64,000 nt of DNA from an uncultured Chloroflexia bacterium (GTDB lineage: Bacteria; Chloroflexota; Limnocylindria; QHBO01), in assembly GCA_963827475.1 (NCBI GenBank), contig CAWHAZ010000003.1, forward strand, positions 17,032 to 81,031. The letters are read 5' to 3'. The notes beneath the pieces are model-generated. The model made no database searches. It saw only the letters and a list, made by a program, of their open reading frames with translations, and was not told where the DNA came from. Made by a program: the position numbers and the translations under genes. Shown here one piece after another: positions 18,229-27,212 of this stretch (positions are counted from its first letter, which is position 1; each line of letters starts with the position of its first letter).

Positions 18229-19667
18229 GAACGCTCCTCCCCGCTCGGCAGGCTCGCGACCGCCGCCCGGAACGCATCGCCGCGAGCCGCGTAGTCCACG
18301 AACATGTCGAAGCTGGCCGCCGCCGGCGCGAGGAGGACCACGTCCCCGGCCCGCGCCGCCCCGGTCGCCGCGGTGACGGCATCGTCCATGGAGCCGGCCC
18401 GCAGGACCGGGACGCGGCCGTCGACCAGGCGCTCGAGCTCTTCGGCCGTCTCCCCGATGAGGACCGCTGCCCGACACCGCTCCGCGATCGCATCGGCGAA
18501 GGTGTCGTAGGCCAGACCCTTGCCCTGGCCGCCGGCGATGACCACCAGCCCACGGTCGCCGAACGCCTCCAGGGCCGCGATGGCCGCGATCGGGATGGTG
18601 GCCTGCGAGTCGTTCACGTACTCGATGCCGGCGCGCGTCCCGAGCGGCTCGAGGCGATGCGGCACACCGCCAAAGCTGCGGATGCCGGCGGCCACGGCCG
18701 TCGTGTTCGCCCCCGCCAGGCGGGACGCGACCGCAGCGGCGAGGACGTCGCGCAGGAGGTGCTCACCGCGCAGCGGCACCTGGTCGCGAGGGAGGACACG
18801 CTCCCCGCCGACCACGACCCAGCCATCCTCGACCCAGGCGTCGGCGCCGGGACGGGACTCGAGCCCGTACCAGTGGACCCGGGCGTCGGGCAGCGAGCCG
18901 GCGATCGCCACGCAGCCGGGGTCGTCCCGGTTGAGGACCAGTGCCCCGTCGGCGGCCGAGAGCTCGGCCAGGCGCCGCTTCACGGCCCGGTAGGCGTCCA
19001 CGCTGCCGTGGCGGTCGAGGTGGTCGGCAAGGACGTTGGTGTAGACCGCGATGTCGGCCCCCCGGCTCAGCGTCGGGAGCTGGAGCTCGGAGAGCTCGAG
19101 CACGGCCCAGGTCCGGCGACTCAGCCGGTCGGCCTCCTCGATGAGCGGGACGCCGATGTTGCCTCCCAGCCGATGCGGCACCCGCGCGGCGGCGAGCATC
19201 GAGGCGACCAGGGACGCCGTGGTCGTCTTCCCCTTGGTCCCGGTCACGGCGAGCACCTGGGCTCGGGTCAGGCGCAGGAACAGGTCAACCTCGCCGACGA
19301 TCGGCGTGCCGGCTGCCTCGGCATCGGTCAGCGCTTCGCGAAGCCACGGATCGGTGGTCGGGAAGCGGGATGACACCGACGGGCTGGTGACCACCAGGTC
19401 GGCCTCGGCCAGCAGGGCGCGCACGCGCTCCGGCTCGGCCGCGGCGACCACCGTCACCGGTCGATCCTCGAGGGCGGCGACCGCGTCGGCCAGATCGGAT
19501 GCGGGCCGCCGGTCGTAGACCGTCACGACCGCCCCGGCGTCCGCCAGGAATCGGGCGGCGGCGATGCCGGACCGGGCGAAACCGAGGACCAGCGCCTGCC
19601 GGCCGGCCAGGTCCGCGCGACTGGAGGGGAGGGCGCGGCTGGTGGGTGGCGTTGACATCGGCATCAC
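18225..19667 (-). CDS. murD: UDP-N-acetylmuramoylalanine--D-glutamate ligase
   Basis: This is the tail of ORF 18225..20843. It has VTGTKGKTTT and a GTG/ATG start at 19662-19667 overlapping the mraY stop. Confidence 0.93.
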   Translation of the reverse strand: MMPMSTPPTSRALPSSRADLAGRQALVLGFARSGIAAARFLADAGAVVTVYDRRPASDLADAVAALEDRPVTVVAAAEPERVRALLAEADLVVTSPSVSSRFPTTDPWLREALTDAEAAGTPIVGEVDLFLRLTRAQVLAVTGTKGKTTTASLVASMLAAARVPHRLGGNIGVPLIEEADRLSRRTWAVLELSELQLPTLSRGADIAVYTNVLADHLDRHGSVDAYRAVKRRLAELSAADGALVLNRDDPGCVAIAGSLPDARVHWYGLESRPGADAWVEDGWVVVGGERVLPRDQVPLRGEHLLRDVLAAAVASRLAGANTTAVAAGIRSFGGVPHRLEPLGTRAGIEYVNDSQATIPIAAIAALEAFGDRGLVVIAGGQGKGLAYDTFADAIAERCRAAVLIGETAEELERLVDGRVPVLRAGSMDDAVTAATGAARAGDVVLLAPAAASFDMFVDYAARGDAFRAAVASLPSGEERS

Positions 19668-20644
19668 GACAACCCGGTCGAGGCCAGGAACAGGCTGACG
19701 CCGAGCAGCGCAGCCAGGGCAGCGACGATCCAGAAGCGGAGGGTGATCTTCGTCTCCGCCCAACCGAGCAGCTCGAAATGGTGCTGGAGGGGGGCCATCC
19801 GGAAGATCCGCTTGCCGCGGGTCTTGTAGGACGCGACCTGGAGGATGACCGATACCGTCACGGCCACGAAGACGATGCCGATGATCACGAGCAGGAGCAG
19901 CTGGCCGGTGATCGTCGCCACCACCGCCAGCGTCGCGCCCAGCGAGAGCGCCCCCGCGTCGCCCATGAAGATCTGGGCCGGGTGGACGTTGAACCACAGG
20001 AACCCGAGCAAAGCGCCGATGAGCAGCGCGCAGAACACGGCGAGGTTCGGCTGGGACAGCTTCTGGCCCGGGACCTCGACCAGGGCGATCAGCAGGTAGG
20101 CGACGAAGCTGAAGACGAGGACGCCGGAGGCCAGGCCGTCGAGGCCGTCGGTCAGGTTGACCGCGTTGGACATGGCCACGATGGCGAAGGCCACGAAGAC
20201 GATGACCGCCACGGCCCCGACGGCCAGCTCGCCGAGGAGGGGGACGTTGATGGCGGTGATGTCGAAGTGGCGCTGGATGTAGACCGCGGCCAGGATGCCG
20301 ACCACCGTCTGCCAGACGAGCTTGTAGCGGCCCCGCACGCCGAAGCCGGTGCGGACGTTCACGTAGTCGTCGATGGCACCGAGGATGCCAACCCCGACCA
20401 GGGTCAGCATGGGGGTCAGGGTGCTGACGTCCTCGAGGCGCATGGCCATGGCCAGGAACATCACGACCAGCACGATGAGCATCCCGCCGAGGGTCGGCGT
20501 CCCGGCCTTGATCGCGTGGCTCGCCGGCCCCTCCGCCCGGATGGACTTGCCGAAGCCGAGCCGCTGGAGGAGGCGGATGTAGATCGGGCCGAGCAACACC
20601 ATGCCGCCGAAGGCGAGGAGGATGGCGAGGAGGAGCGAGACCAT
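19664..20644 (-). CDS. mraY: phospho-N-acetylmuramoyl-pentapeptide transferase
   Basis: 326 aa, polytopic. It has NAVNLTDGLDGLA and QIFMGDAGALSLG. Confidence 0.96.
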   Translation of the reverse strand: MVSLLLAILLAFGGMVLLGPIYIRLLQRLGFGKSIRAEGPASHAIKAGTPTLGGMLIVLVVMFLAMAMRLEDVSTLTPMLTLVGVGILGAIDDYVNVRTGFGVRGRYKLVWQTVVGILAAVYIQRHFDITAINVPLLGELAVGAVAVIVFVAFAIVAMSNAVNLTDGLDGLASGVLVFSFVAYLLIALVEVPGQKLSQPNLAVFCALLIGALLGFLWFNVHPAQIFMGDAGALSLGATLAVVATITGQLLLLVIIGIVFVAVTVSVILQVASYKTRGKRIFRMAPLQHHFELLGWAETKITLRFWIVAALAALLGVSLFLASTGLS

Positions 20645-20647
20645 TGG

Positions 20648-22093
20648 TCAGTGCTCCTCGTCGTCGCGGCCGGTGAGCGCCGCCACCAGCCGGTCGAGCG
20701 CGATGCCGCGCGAGCCCTTGACCAGCAGCACGTCGCCGGCGGTCGGGCTCAGGATCTGATCGACCACGGCCAGTGCGGCGTCGGCGTCCGGGGCAGTGGC
20801 CACCGGCGCCAGGCCCGCGGCCCTGGCGGCCTCCGCGATCCACGCTCCCCGCTCCCCGACCGCCACCAGTCCGTCGAGGACAGCGGCGGCTTCGACGCCG
20901 ATCCGCTCATGCAGGGCGCGCTCGTCCGGGCCGAGCTCGAGCATGTCGCCGAGGACCGCGAGCCTTCGGCCGCTGCCGACCGGCGTCTCGGCGAGGAACG
21001 CGAGAGCGGCAGAGACCGACACCGGCGACGCGTTGTACGTGTCGTCGACGAGCGTGGCTCCCCCGGGGAGCTCCTCGATCGCCATCCGGTGCGGGGCGCG
21101 GCTGCCGGCCTCCAGCGCGGCCGCGACCTCGGCCAGCGGGACGGCGAAGTGCTCCGCCACCGCGGCCGCGGCCAGCGCGTGCGGCACGAGGTGTCGTCCG
21201 GGAGCAGCGCTCCGGACCCGTCGGCTGCCCCACGGGGCGACGAGGGTGAAGGTGACCCCGTCCACACCCTCCGAGACGAGGTCCGTGGCCCGCACGTCCG
21301 CCCCCTCGCCGAGGCCGAACGTCCGCACCGCAGCCGGCGTCCCGGCGGCCATGGCCGCCACTCGCGGGTCGTCCGCGTTCAGGACGGCGAGGCCGTCGCT
21401 CGGCAGTCCCCGCGGCAGCTCCGACTTGGCTTCGGCGATCCGCTCCAGGCTTCCGGCTCGCTCGAGGTGCGTGGGATGGACCGCCAAGACCACGCCGACC
21501 TCGGGCCGGCTGATCTCCACCAGGCGGCTGATCTCCCCGACCGTGTACATCCCCATCTCGAGGACGGCGACCTGGTGCCCCGGCTCGAGATGGAGGAGGG
21601 TCATCGGCAGGCCGGTCTCCGAGTTCAGGTTGCCCTCGTTGCGCAGGACGGACAGGGTCCGGGCCAGCACATCGGCGGTGACCTCCTTGGCCAGGGTCTT
21701 TCCGGTCGACCCGGTGATCCCCACCACCCGAACGGCGAAGCGGTCCCGCCACCAGGCCGCGAGGTCCTGGAAGGCCCGGAGGCTGTCGGCGACGCGGACG
21801 ACGGCCGCATCGGTTCCCGCCGGGAGGCTGACCTCGCGTTCGACGAGCGCGGCCACGGCGCCGGCGGCCAGGGCGTCGGAAACGAAACGGTGGCCGTCGG
21901 TCCGCTCACCGGGGAGCGCCACGAACAGCGTCCCGGGCGTGACCTTCCGGGAATCGACGACGGCAAGGCGGAAGGACCGGACTGTGGTCGGGGCCTGCAG
22001 CCGGCCGCCGGTGGCGGCCAGCAGGTCGTCAATGCGGATCGGCGCGGGCACGCGGTTTCCTGCGGCGTTCGGCGGCGAGTCTATCAGCCTCAT
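20648..22093 (-). CDS. murF: UDP-N-acetylmuramoyl-tripeptide--D-alanyl-D-alanine ligase
   Basis: It has ITGSTGKTLAKE and DTYNASP. An ATGA overlap with the ftsI stop lies at 22090-22093. Confidence 0.93.
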   Translation of the reverse strand: MRLIDSPPNAAGNRVPAPIRIDDLLAATGGRLQAPTTVRSFRLAVVDSRKVTPGTLFVALPGERTDGHRFVSDALAAGAVAALVEREVSLPAGTDAAVVRVADSLRAFQDLAAWWRDRFAVRVVGITGSTGKTLAKEVTADVLARTLSVLRNEGNLNSETGLPMTLLHLEPGHQVAVLEMGMYTVGEISRLVEISRPEVGVVLAVHPTHLERAGSLERIAEAKSELPRGLPSDGLAVLNADDPRVAAMAAGTPAAVRTFGLGEGADVRATDLVSEGVDGVTFTLVAPWGSRRVRSAAPGRHLVPHALAAAAVAEHFAVPLAEVAAALEAGSRAPHRMAIEELPGGATLVDDTYNASPVSVSAALAFLAETPVGSGRRLAVLGDMLELGPDERALHERIGVEAAAVLDGLVAVGERGAWIAEAARAAGLAPVATAPDADAALAVVDQILSPTAGDVLLVKGSRGIALDRLVAALTGRDDEEH

Positions 22094-23904
22094 GGGTGCG
22101 CCACGCCCGGCGCGGCTCGGTCCGGCGGGATGCCGAAGTAGTCGAAGACCAGGGGCGCCAGCTGGGAGAAGGCGACGTCCGACCGCTCACCGATTCCGGA
22201 TCGACTCACCGCCGGGCGGTGGATGAGGATCATCATCACGAACCGGGGGTTCGAGGCCGGCGCGATCCCGATGAAGCTCGAGTCGATCCAGCCCTCGATG
22301 TAGGCCTGCCGGGTGATCTCCTCGTAGACCGGCTGCCCGCTGGCATCGGTACCGGTCTGGACCGTGACGGTGACCGGGCCCGCGACCTGGGCCGTTCCGG
22401 TCTTGCCGGCAATCGAGTAGCCGGGCACCGCGGCCGCGCTGGCGATGCCGTTGTCGATGGCTCCGGTGAGCATCTCGAGCACGGTGGCGGCCGTCTCGGG
22501 CTCCATGACCTGCTCGGGCTCGGGGAGCGGGCGCGGGGTGAATGCCCCGTCGCCGTCGGTCCAGCCGGCCACGACGTGGGGGGTGACCAGCTCCCCGCCG
22601 TTGGCGATGGCGGCGTAGGCGGCCGCCATCTGGAGAACGGTGACCGAGAGGCCCTGCCCGAACGCGTTCTGGGCGGTCGTGACCTCCTTCGCCGCGCCCG
22701 GGTCGTCGGGGTGGTGCACGACCCCGGTCGCCTCGCCGGCAATGTCCACCCCGGTCGGCTGCCCGAACCCATAGCGCAGCAACGCGTCGTACAGGCGCTG
22801 CCCGCCGAGGGTCAGCCCGATGGTGGCCGCTCCCACGTTGTTCGACATGGCGAGGACCTGGGCCGGGGTGATCAGGCCGTGGCCGTTCGGGTACCACTCG
22901 CGGTCCGCGTTGCTGATCGTGACGTCGTAGACCTTGAGCTTGTTGTCGTCGAGGAACAGGTCGGTCGGGGTGATCGCCCCCGCGTCGAGCGCGGCCGCCA
23001 CGGTCATCGCCTTGAGCACCGATCCGGGCTCGTACTGGCGGCTGACCGCCGGGCTCGAGAACAGCGCCGGGTCGGTCGTGGGGTAGGCGTTGGCGTCGAA
23101 GGTCGGGACCGAGGCGAGGGCGAGGATGGCCCCGCTGTGGACGTCCATGACCAGGCCGGTCACGCCCTTGGCCTTGTTCCGGGTGTAGTTGTCGAGCATC
23201 TGCTCCTCGAGCAGATGCTGGAGCCCGGCATCGATGGTGAGCGTGACGTCAGCGCCGTTCACCGCCGCCTCCAGCTCGTGGACCGATCCGGCGATGAGCC
23301 GGCCGGCGACGTCCTCCTGGGCCACGACGGAGCCGGGCGTGCCGGCCAGGACCGCGTCCTCCGCTCCCTCGACGCCGTACTGACCGACTCCGTCGACGTT
23401 CACGAAACCGAGGACCTGGGCGCCGAGCGTGGTCCCGGGCACCGCACCGTTCATGGTGTAGACCCGGCGCGGCTCGGTGACCAGTCCGATTCCCGGCAGG
23501 CTCAGGGCCCGCACCCGGGTGGCGGTTTCGGGGCTGACCCGGCGGCTGAGCCATGTCCACGCGGCATCGCTGGCGAGCGTGGCCTCCAGCTGGGCTGGGT
23601 CGGCCCCCAGGACCGCGCCGAGCATGCGCGCCGCGCGCGCGGGATCGGTGACGGTCGGCGGGGTCGCGAACACCGACTCCGTGGTGAGCGATGTGGCCAG
23701 GATCAGGCCCTCGCGGTCATAGATGAGGCCGCGGGCCGCGGGGATCTGCTGCACGTGGGCCAGCTGCGCGAGGCCCATGTCCGCCAGCCGCTCCCGGTCG
23801 ATGACCTGCCACCACACGAGCCGGTAGCCGATCAGGCCGGCGACGAGGGTCACGACGACCAACATCACCACCGCCCGGACTCGACTGTCGGTTCTGGCAA
23901 GCAT
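22090..23904 (-). CDS. ftsI: penicillin-binding protein, FtsI/PBP2B-type transpeptidase
   Basis: It has an N-terminal TM helix, the PBP dimerisation domain, then SVLKAM (SxxK), SNN and KTGTA motifs. Confidence 0.92.
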   Translation of the reverse strand: MLARTDSRVRAVVMLVVVTLVAGLIGYRLVWWQVIDRERLADMGLAQLAHVQQIPAARGLIYDREGLILATSLTTESVFATPPTVTDPARAARMLGAVLGADPAQLEATLASDAAWTWLSRRVSPETATRVRALSLPGIGLVTEPRRVYTMNGAVPGTTLGAQVLGFVNVDGVGQYGVEGAEDAVLAGTPGSVVAQEDVAGRLIAGSVHELEAAVNGADVTLTIDAGLQHLLEEQMLDNYTRNKAKGVTGLVMDVHSGAILALASVPTFDANAYPTTDPALFSSPAVSRQYEPGSVLKAMTVAAALDAGAITPTDLFLDDNKLKVYDVTISNADREWYPNGHGLITPAQVLAMSNNVGAATIGLTLGGQRLYDALLRYGFGQPTGVDIAGEATGVVHHPDDPGAAKEVTTAQNAFGQGLSVTVLQMAAAYAAIANGGELVTPHVVAGWTDGDGAFTPRPLPEPEQVMEPETAATVLEMLTGAIDNGIASAAAVPGYSIAGKTGTAQVAGPVTVTVQTGTDASGQPVYEEITRQAYIEGWIDSSFIGIAPASNPRFVMMILIHRPAVSRSGIGERSDVAFSQLAPLVFDYFGIPPDRAAPGVAHP

Positions 23905-23939
23905 TGGCAGCTCCGGGTCGCGCGCCGGGCGAGCGACGG

Positions 23940-24356
23940 TTACGGGTGGTGGTCAGACGATGGGCTGGCGAAGTGGACCGATTCGTCCGGAAGAGGCGTC
24001 AGGCCGAGCGCGGCGGCCCGCGCCTCGATGGTGGCCGGCGACTGCGCCTGGCCGATCTGGAGGAGGAGCGCCTGGCGCTCCGCCTCCAGCAGCTCGAGCT
24101 GGGCTTCGAGCCGCTGGATCTGGTAGCCGGTGCTGGCGATCCGGCTGGACTGGGTCAGGTACAGCCCGCCCAGCAGGGCGGACACGACGATCACGACCAG
24201 CGCCAGCGACAGGCCAGCGGCGCGGCGCCGGGAAGAGGCGCGACGGAGCCGGTAGCCACGGGCCGACCGCGCGCTGCGCGTGTTGCGCAGCGGGCGCCGG
24301 AATCCCCAGTCGATGTCCCCCAGGACACCGGCTGGGCGAGCGCCAATGGCGGCCAT
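23940..24356 (-). CDS. ftsL: cell division protein FtsL-like (bitopic, coiled coil)
   Basis: 138 aa with a basic N-terminus, one TM helix (LSLALVVIVVSALLGGLYL) and then a leucine-rich coiled coil (QIQRLEAQLELLEAERQALLLQI). It sits between rsmH and ftsI. Confidence 0.8.
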   Translation of the reverse strand: MAAIGARPAGVLGDIDWGFRRPLRNTRSARSARGYRLRRASSRRRAAGLSLALVVIVVSALLGGLYLTQSSRIASTGYQIQRLEAQLELLEAERQALLLQIGQAQSPATIEARAAALGLTPLPDESVHFASPSSDHHP

Positions 24357-24368
24357 GGCAGCGGCGGC

Positions 24369-24563
24369 TCAGGCGGCCGCGGGACGGCCCTGCAGACGCA
24401 GGGTCCAGGATGGCGGCGGCTCTTCGGCAACCGGCTCTTCCTCGATCGCGGCCCAGTCGGCGGGCTCGCGTTCGACCCGGAGCCGGCGCTCGCGGATCTC
24501 CCGCTGGCGGGCGTTGTACGCCCGGCGGCGGCTGCCGTGGTGACGTGGACGACCTCGACTCAT
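24369..24563 (-). CDS. hypothetical 64-aa Arg/Glu-rich protein between rsmH and ftsL
   Basis: Its ATG overlaps the rsmH stop (ATGA at 24560-24563), and its stop lies 12 nt before the ftsL ATG. Third-position GC is about 80 percent by my count. No family recognised. Confidence 0.45.
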   Translation of the reverse strand: MSRGRPRHHGSRRRAYNARQREIRERRLRVEREPADWAAIEEEPVAEEPPPSWTLRLQGRPAAA

Positions 24564-25513
24564 GTGCTCAACCCTCCTGTCATCTCCGCGACCCGCAGCC
24601 GCGCGCTCCGCGCGCGGCGGTTTCGTGCCACCTCCGCCTCCGACGGGCGGATCGCCCGACGCGAGGCCAGCCGCACCCGGGCCGTGTGGCCACAGGTGCA
24701 GACCGGGGGCAGTGGGACCTCGAGACAGTCACGCGCCTCGCGAGCCAGGAAGCGCTTGACGATGCGGTCCTCCCCGGAGTGGTAGCTGATCACCGCCAGC
24801 CGGCCCCCGGGCCGGAGGACGGCGAGTGCCGCTTCCAGACCTTCCTCGAGGACCTCGAGCTCGCGGTTGACCGCGATCCGGAGGGCCTGGAAGGTCCTGG
24901 TGGCCGGGTGGATCCGTCCTGCATCGGCCCCCCTGGCCGGGACGGTTTCGGCCACCACGGCCGCCAGGTCGGCCGCCGTCATGAGACGGCCCGACGTACG
25001 CGCCGCCACGATCGCCTTCGCGATGCGGCCTGCACGGCGTTCTTCACCAAGCGTCGAGAGGATTCGGGCGAGCTCTCGCTCCGAGGAGCGGTCGATGAGC
25101 TCGAGAGCCGAAACACCACTCGTTTCATCGAATCTCATGTCCGGCGGCGCGTCCGCCGTGAAGGCGAAGCCGCGCCGCGCGTCGGCGAGCTGGTAGCTCG
25201 ACAGGCCAAGGTCGAACAGGACGCCGTCGAGGGGGACCATGCCCTCGGCGCGGGCCACGTCTTCGAGGCGGGTGAAGTTCGCGTGGCGGATGACCGCCCG
25301 CTCCCCGAACCGGGCCAGGACGCGGGACGCCTCTCGGACGGCCGCCGCATCGGCATCGAGGCCGAGGAGGCGGCCGTCCGGAGACACGGCCTCCAGGAGC
25401 CGCTCGGCGTGCCCACCGCCACCGACCGTGCAGTCTGCGATGGAGCTGCCGGCACGGAGGGCCAACGAGGCGAGAACCTCGTCGACGAGGACCGGCAGAT
25501 GCCCTTCTCCCAT
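24560..25513 (-). CDS. rsmH: 16S rRNA (cytosine1402-N4)-methyltransferase
   Basis: It reads HLPVLVDEVL...DCTVGGGGH...DLGLSSYQL...HSGEDRIVK. Confidence 0.96.
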   Translation of the reverse strand: MGEGHLPVLVDEVLASLALRAGSSIADCTVGGGGHAERLLEAVSPDGRLLGLDADAAAVREASRVLARFGERAVIRHANFTRLEDVARAEGMVPLDGVLFDLGLSSYQLADARRGFAFTADAPPDMRFDETSGVSALELIDRSSERELARILSTLGEERRAGRIAKAIVAARTSGRLMTAADLAAVVAETVPARGADAGRIHPATRTFQALRIAVNRELEVLEEGLEAALAVLRPGGRLAVISYHSGEDRIVKRFLAREARDCLEVPLPPVCTCGHTARVRLASRRAIRPSEAEVARNRRARSARLRVAEMTGGLST

Positions 25514-25606
25514 TCGCGACTGTCCCTCATGGGTCCGGTGACGGGCCGAGCGGCCCGGAGACGCATGAATGGCCGGGTCGTGACGTGCGTCATGGCGTCA
25601 CGGGGC

Positions 25607-26056
25607 CTAGATCCCGAGGTCCTGCAGCTGCTCCGCCAGCGCCTCGGGCGCGCCCTCGATCCGGGAGCGGTACGGCTCCCAGGCCGAGGGTGTCCAGATC
25701 TCGAGCCGGTTCAGCGCGCCAACCACGACGACCTCCCCCGTCTCCAGGCCGGCGTAGGTCCGGAGGTACTGCGGGACCAGGAGGCGACCCTGCTTGTCGA
25801 GCTCGGCGTCAACGGCCCCCGACGACATGAACCGGGCGAACTCGCGCGCCTGCGGATTGGTCAAGGGAAGGGCCCGCAGCTTCTCGGCCAGCTCCTCCCA
25901 CGCGTCGCGGGGATAGACGGCGATGCAGCTATCGAGCCAGCGGGTGATGGTGGCTCCCGCCGACAGGCGGGGCCGGAAACGCGACGGGACCGCGACCCGG
26001 CCGCGGTCGTCGAGCGCGTGCCGGTACTCGCCGGTCAGGAACGGGGTCCTCTCCAC
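25607..26056 (-). CDS. mraZ: transcriptional regulator MraZ
   Basis: 149 aa with two SpoVT/AbrB-like halves (DDRGRVAVPSRFR, DKQGRLLVPQYLR). It has a GTG start. Confidence 0.95.
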   Translation of the reverse strand: MERTPFLTGEYRHALDDRGRVAVPSRFRPRLSAGATITRWLDSCIAVYPRDAWEELAEKLRALPLTNPQAREFARFMSSGAVDAELDKQGRLLVPQYLRTYAGLETGEVVVVGALNRLEIWTPSAWEPYRSRIEGAPEALAEQLQDLGI

Positions 26057-26067
26057 TCGCTTCCCCT

Positions 26068-26095
26068 ACCACTGTTCCCCATTTGGCCCCACTTT
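26068..26095 (-). promoter_or_regulatory. MraZ operator: three 10-bp-phased GTGGG/TGGGG/GTGGT boxes
   Basis: The minus strand reads aaaGTGGGGccaaaTGGGGaacaGTGGTagggg, between the -10 element and the mraZ start. Confidence 0.6.
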
Positions 26096-26110
26096 GAGCC
26101 ACAGGGCGCC

Positions 26111-26138
26111 ATCTTACAGGGCATGAGCCTCCCGTCAA
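26111..26138 (-). promoter_or_regulatory. candidate Pmra sigma-70 promoter (TTGACG-N16-TAAGAT)
   Basis: On the minus strand, TTGACG lies at 26138-26133 and TAAGAT at 26116-26111. The spacer is 16 nt, and the promoter sits ~55 nt upstream of the mraZ GTG. Confidence 0.55.
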
Positions 26139-27158
26139 GGTGTTTTCCGCACGATTTGCGTGGGCTCGACGCCGGCCGGCAACGCCGGCTCTGGGGAGAG
26201 GGATTGCCCCTCGGTCAGGTCTCGCTGGGTGGGAGGACCGCGTACCGCAGCGAGCCGTCCGAGCCCGCGGTACACCTCGCGGATGAGGAACGGGCCGGAC
26301 TCCCCGCGAATGAACGACCAGTCGGCCAGGCCGCCCAGGGTCTCCTGCCAGTGCAGGAGCCCGTTCGGCCGCTTCGATGCGCTCGACCGGGCCCTGGCTG
26401 ACCTGGAGAAGGTCGCGACCTCCTGGTCGAAGATCACCCCGGCGTCACTCACCCGGAACACGACGTAGTCGCCAGGCGTGACCGTCACCTCGTAGCCGAT
26501 GAACTCGTCGCCGGGCTCGGGCGTCGGATCGGCGGAGGCGGTGGGAACGGCCGATCCGCCCGTCGTGGCCGAGGGCGCGACACTGGGCTCGACACTCGGC
26601 GTCGAGCGATGGCTCGGGCGTGGGGGTCGGGTTCTGGGCCACGCCGCCCGGGCCGGCGAGGAACCACCAGGCGCCCACGCCTCCCCCGACCAGGAGCAGG
26701 AGCGCCAGCAGGACGACGACGATCCGGCGCCGCCCGCCGTCCTCGGCTGCCGCGGCGGCCACCGGTGGGGGCGGGGGCGGGGGAACCCGCTGTTGCGGGC
26801 GTCGGAGGGCCTCCAGCTCGTCGGTCGGGATGACGAGGACGCCCCGCAGGTAGCGCGGGCAGTTCGCATACCCTCGCTGCAGGCAGACGTTGCGCTGCTG
26901 CTCCCCGGACACCGGCTCTGGCTCGCCGAAGGCGTAGCAGCGGTGGTCGTCGGTCGCCTGGGCCTCGTACTCGGACCGATCGGCGGCCAGCCCGAGGAAC
27001 GGACACACCGTCTCCGGCCGGAGGGCCAGCTTCTCGAACAGCGCCTGCCGCTCGGCATCGGCCGTCGACGGCGCGGGCTTTTCGCCCCGCCTGAACATGA
27101 GTCGAGGATAGCGCCCCGCGCGGTTCGGCTCGACGGGTCGGGCGACGTGACCCGCCAT
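26135..27158 (-). pseudogene. hypothetical bitopic membrane protein (N-terminal Cys4 module, Pro-rich linker, TM helix, extracytoplasmic domain), split over two frames
   Basis: ORF 26445..27158 gives CPFLGL...HRCYAFGEP...NVCLQRGYANCPRYLRG, a poly-Pro stretch and the TM helix IVVVLLALLLLVGGGVGAWWFL. The C-terminal domain (DEFIGYEVTVTPGDYVVFRVSDAGVIFDQE...) is in the frame of ORF 26135..27058. The junction lies around 26590-26625. Confidence 0.6.
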
Positions 27159-27212
27159 GGTACGAACGCGCCATTGAGGCTGACCCTATCGGCCGCGCAG
27201 GCTCAGAGCCTC

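Noticed and set aside
25579-25602. A 7-bp-stem hairpin (CGTGACG-N10-CGTCACG) right after the mraZ stop, as an intrinsic terminator or attenuator.
   Set aside because: No U-tract follows it on the minus-strand transcript, and rsmH must be co-transcribed. It is too weak to call.
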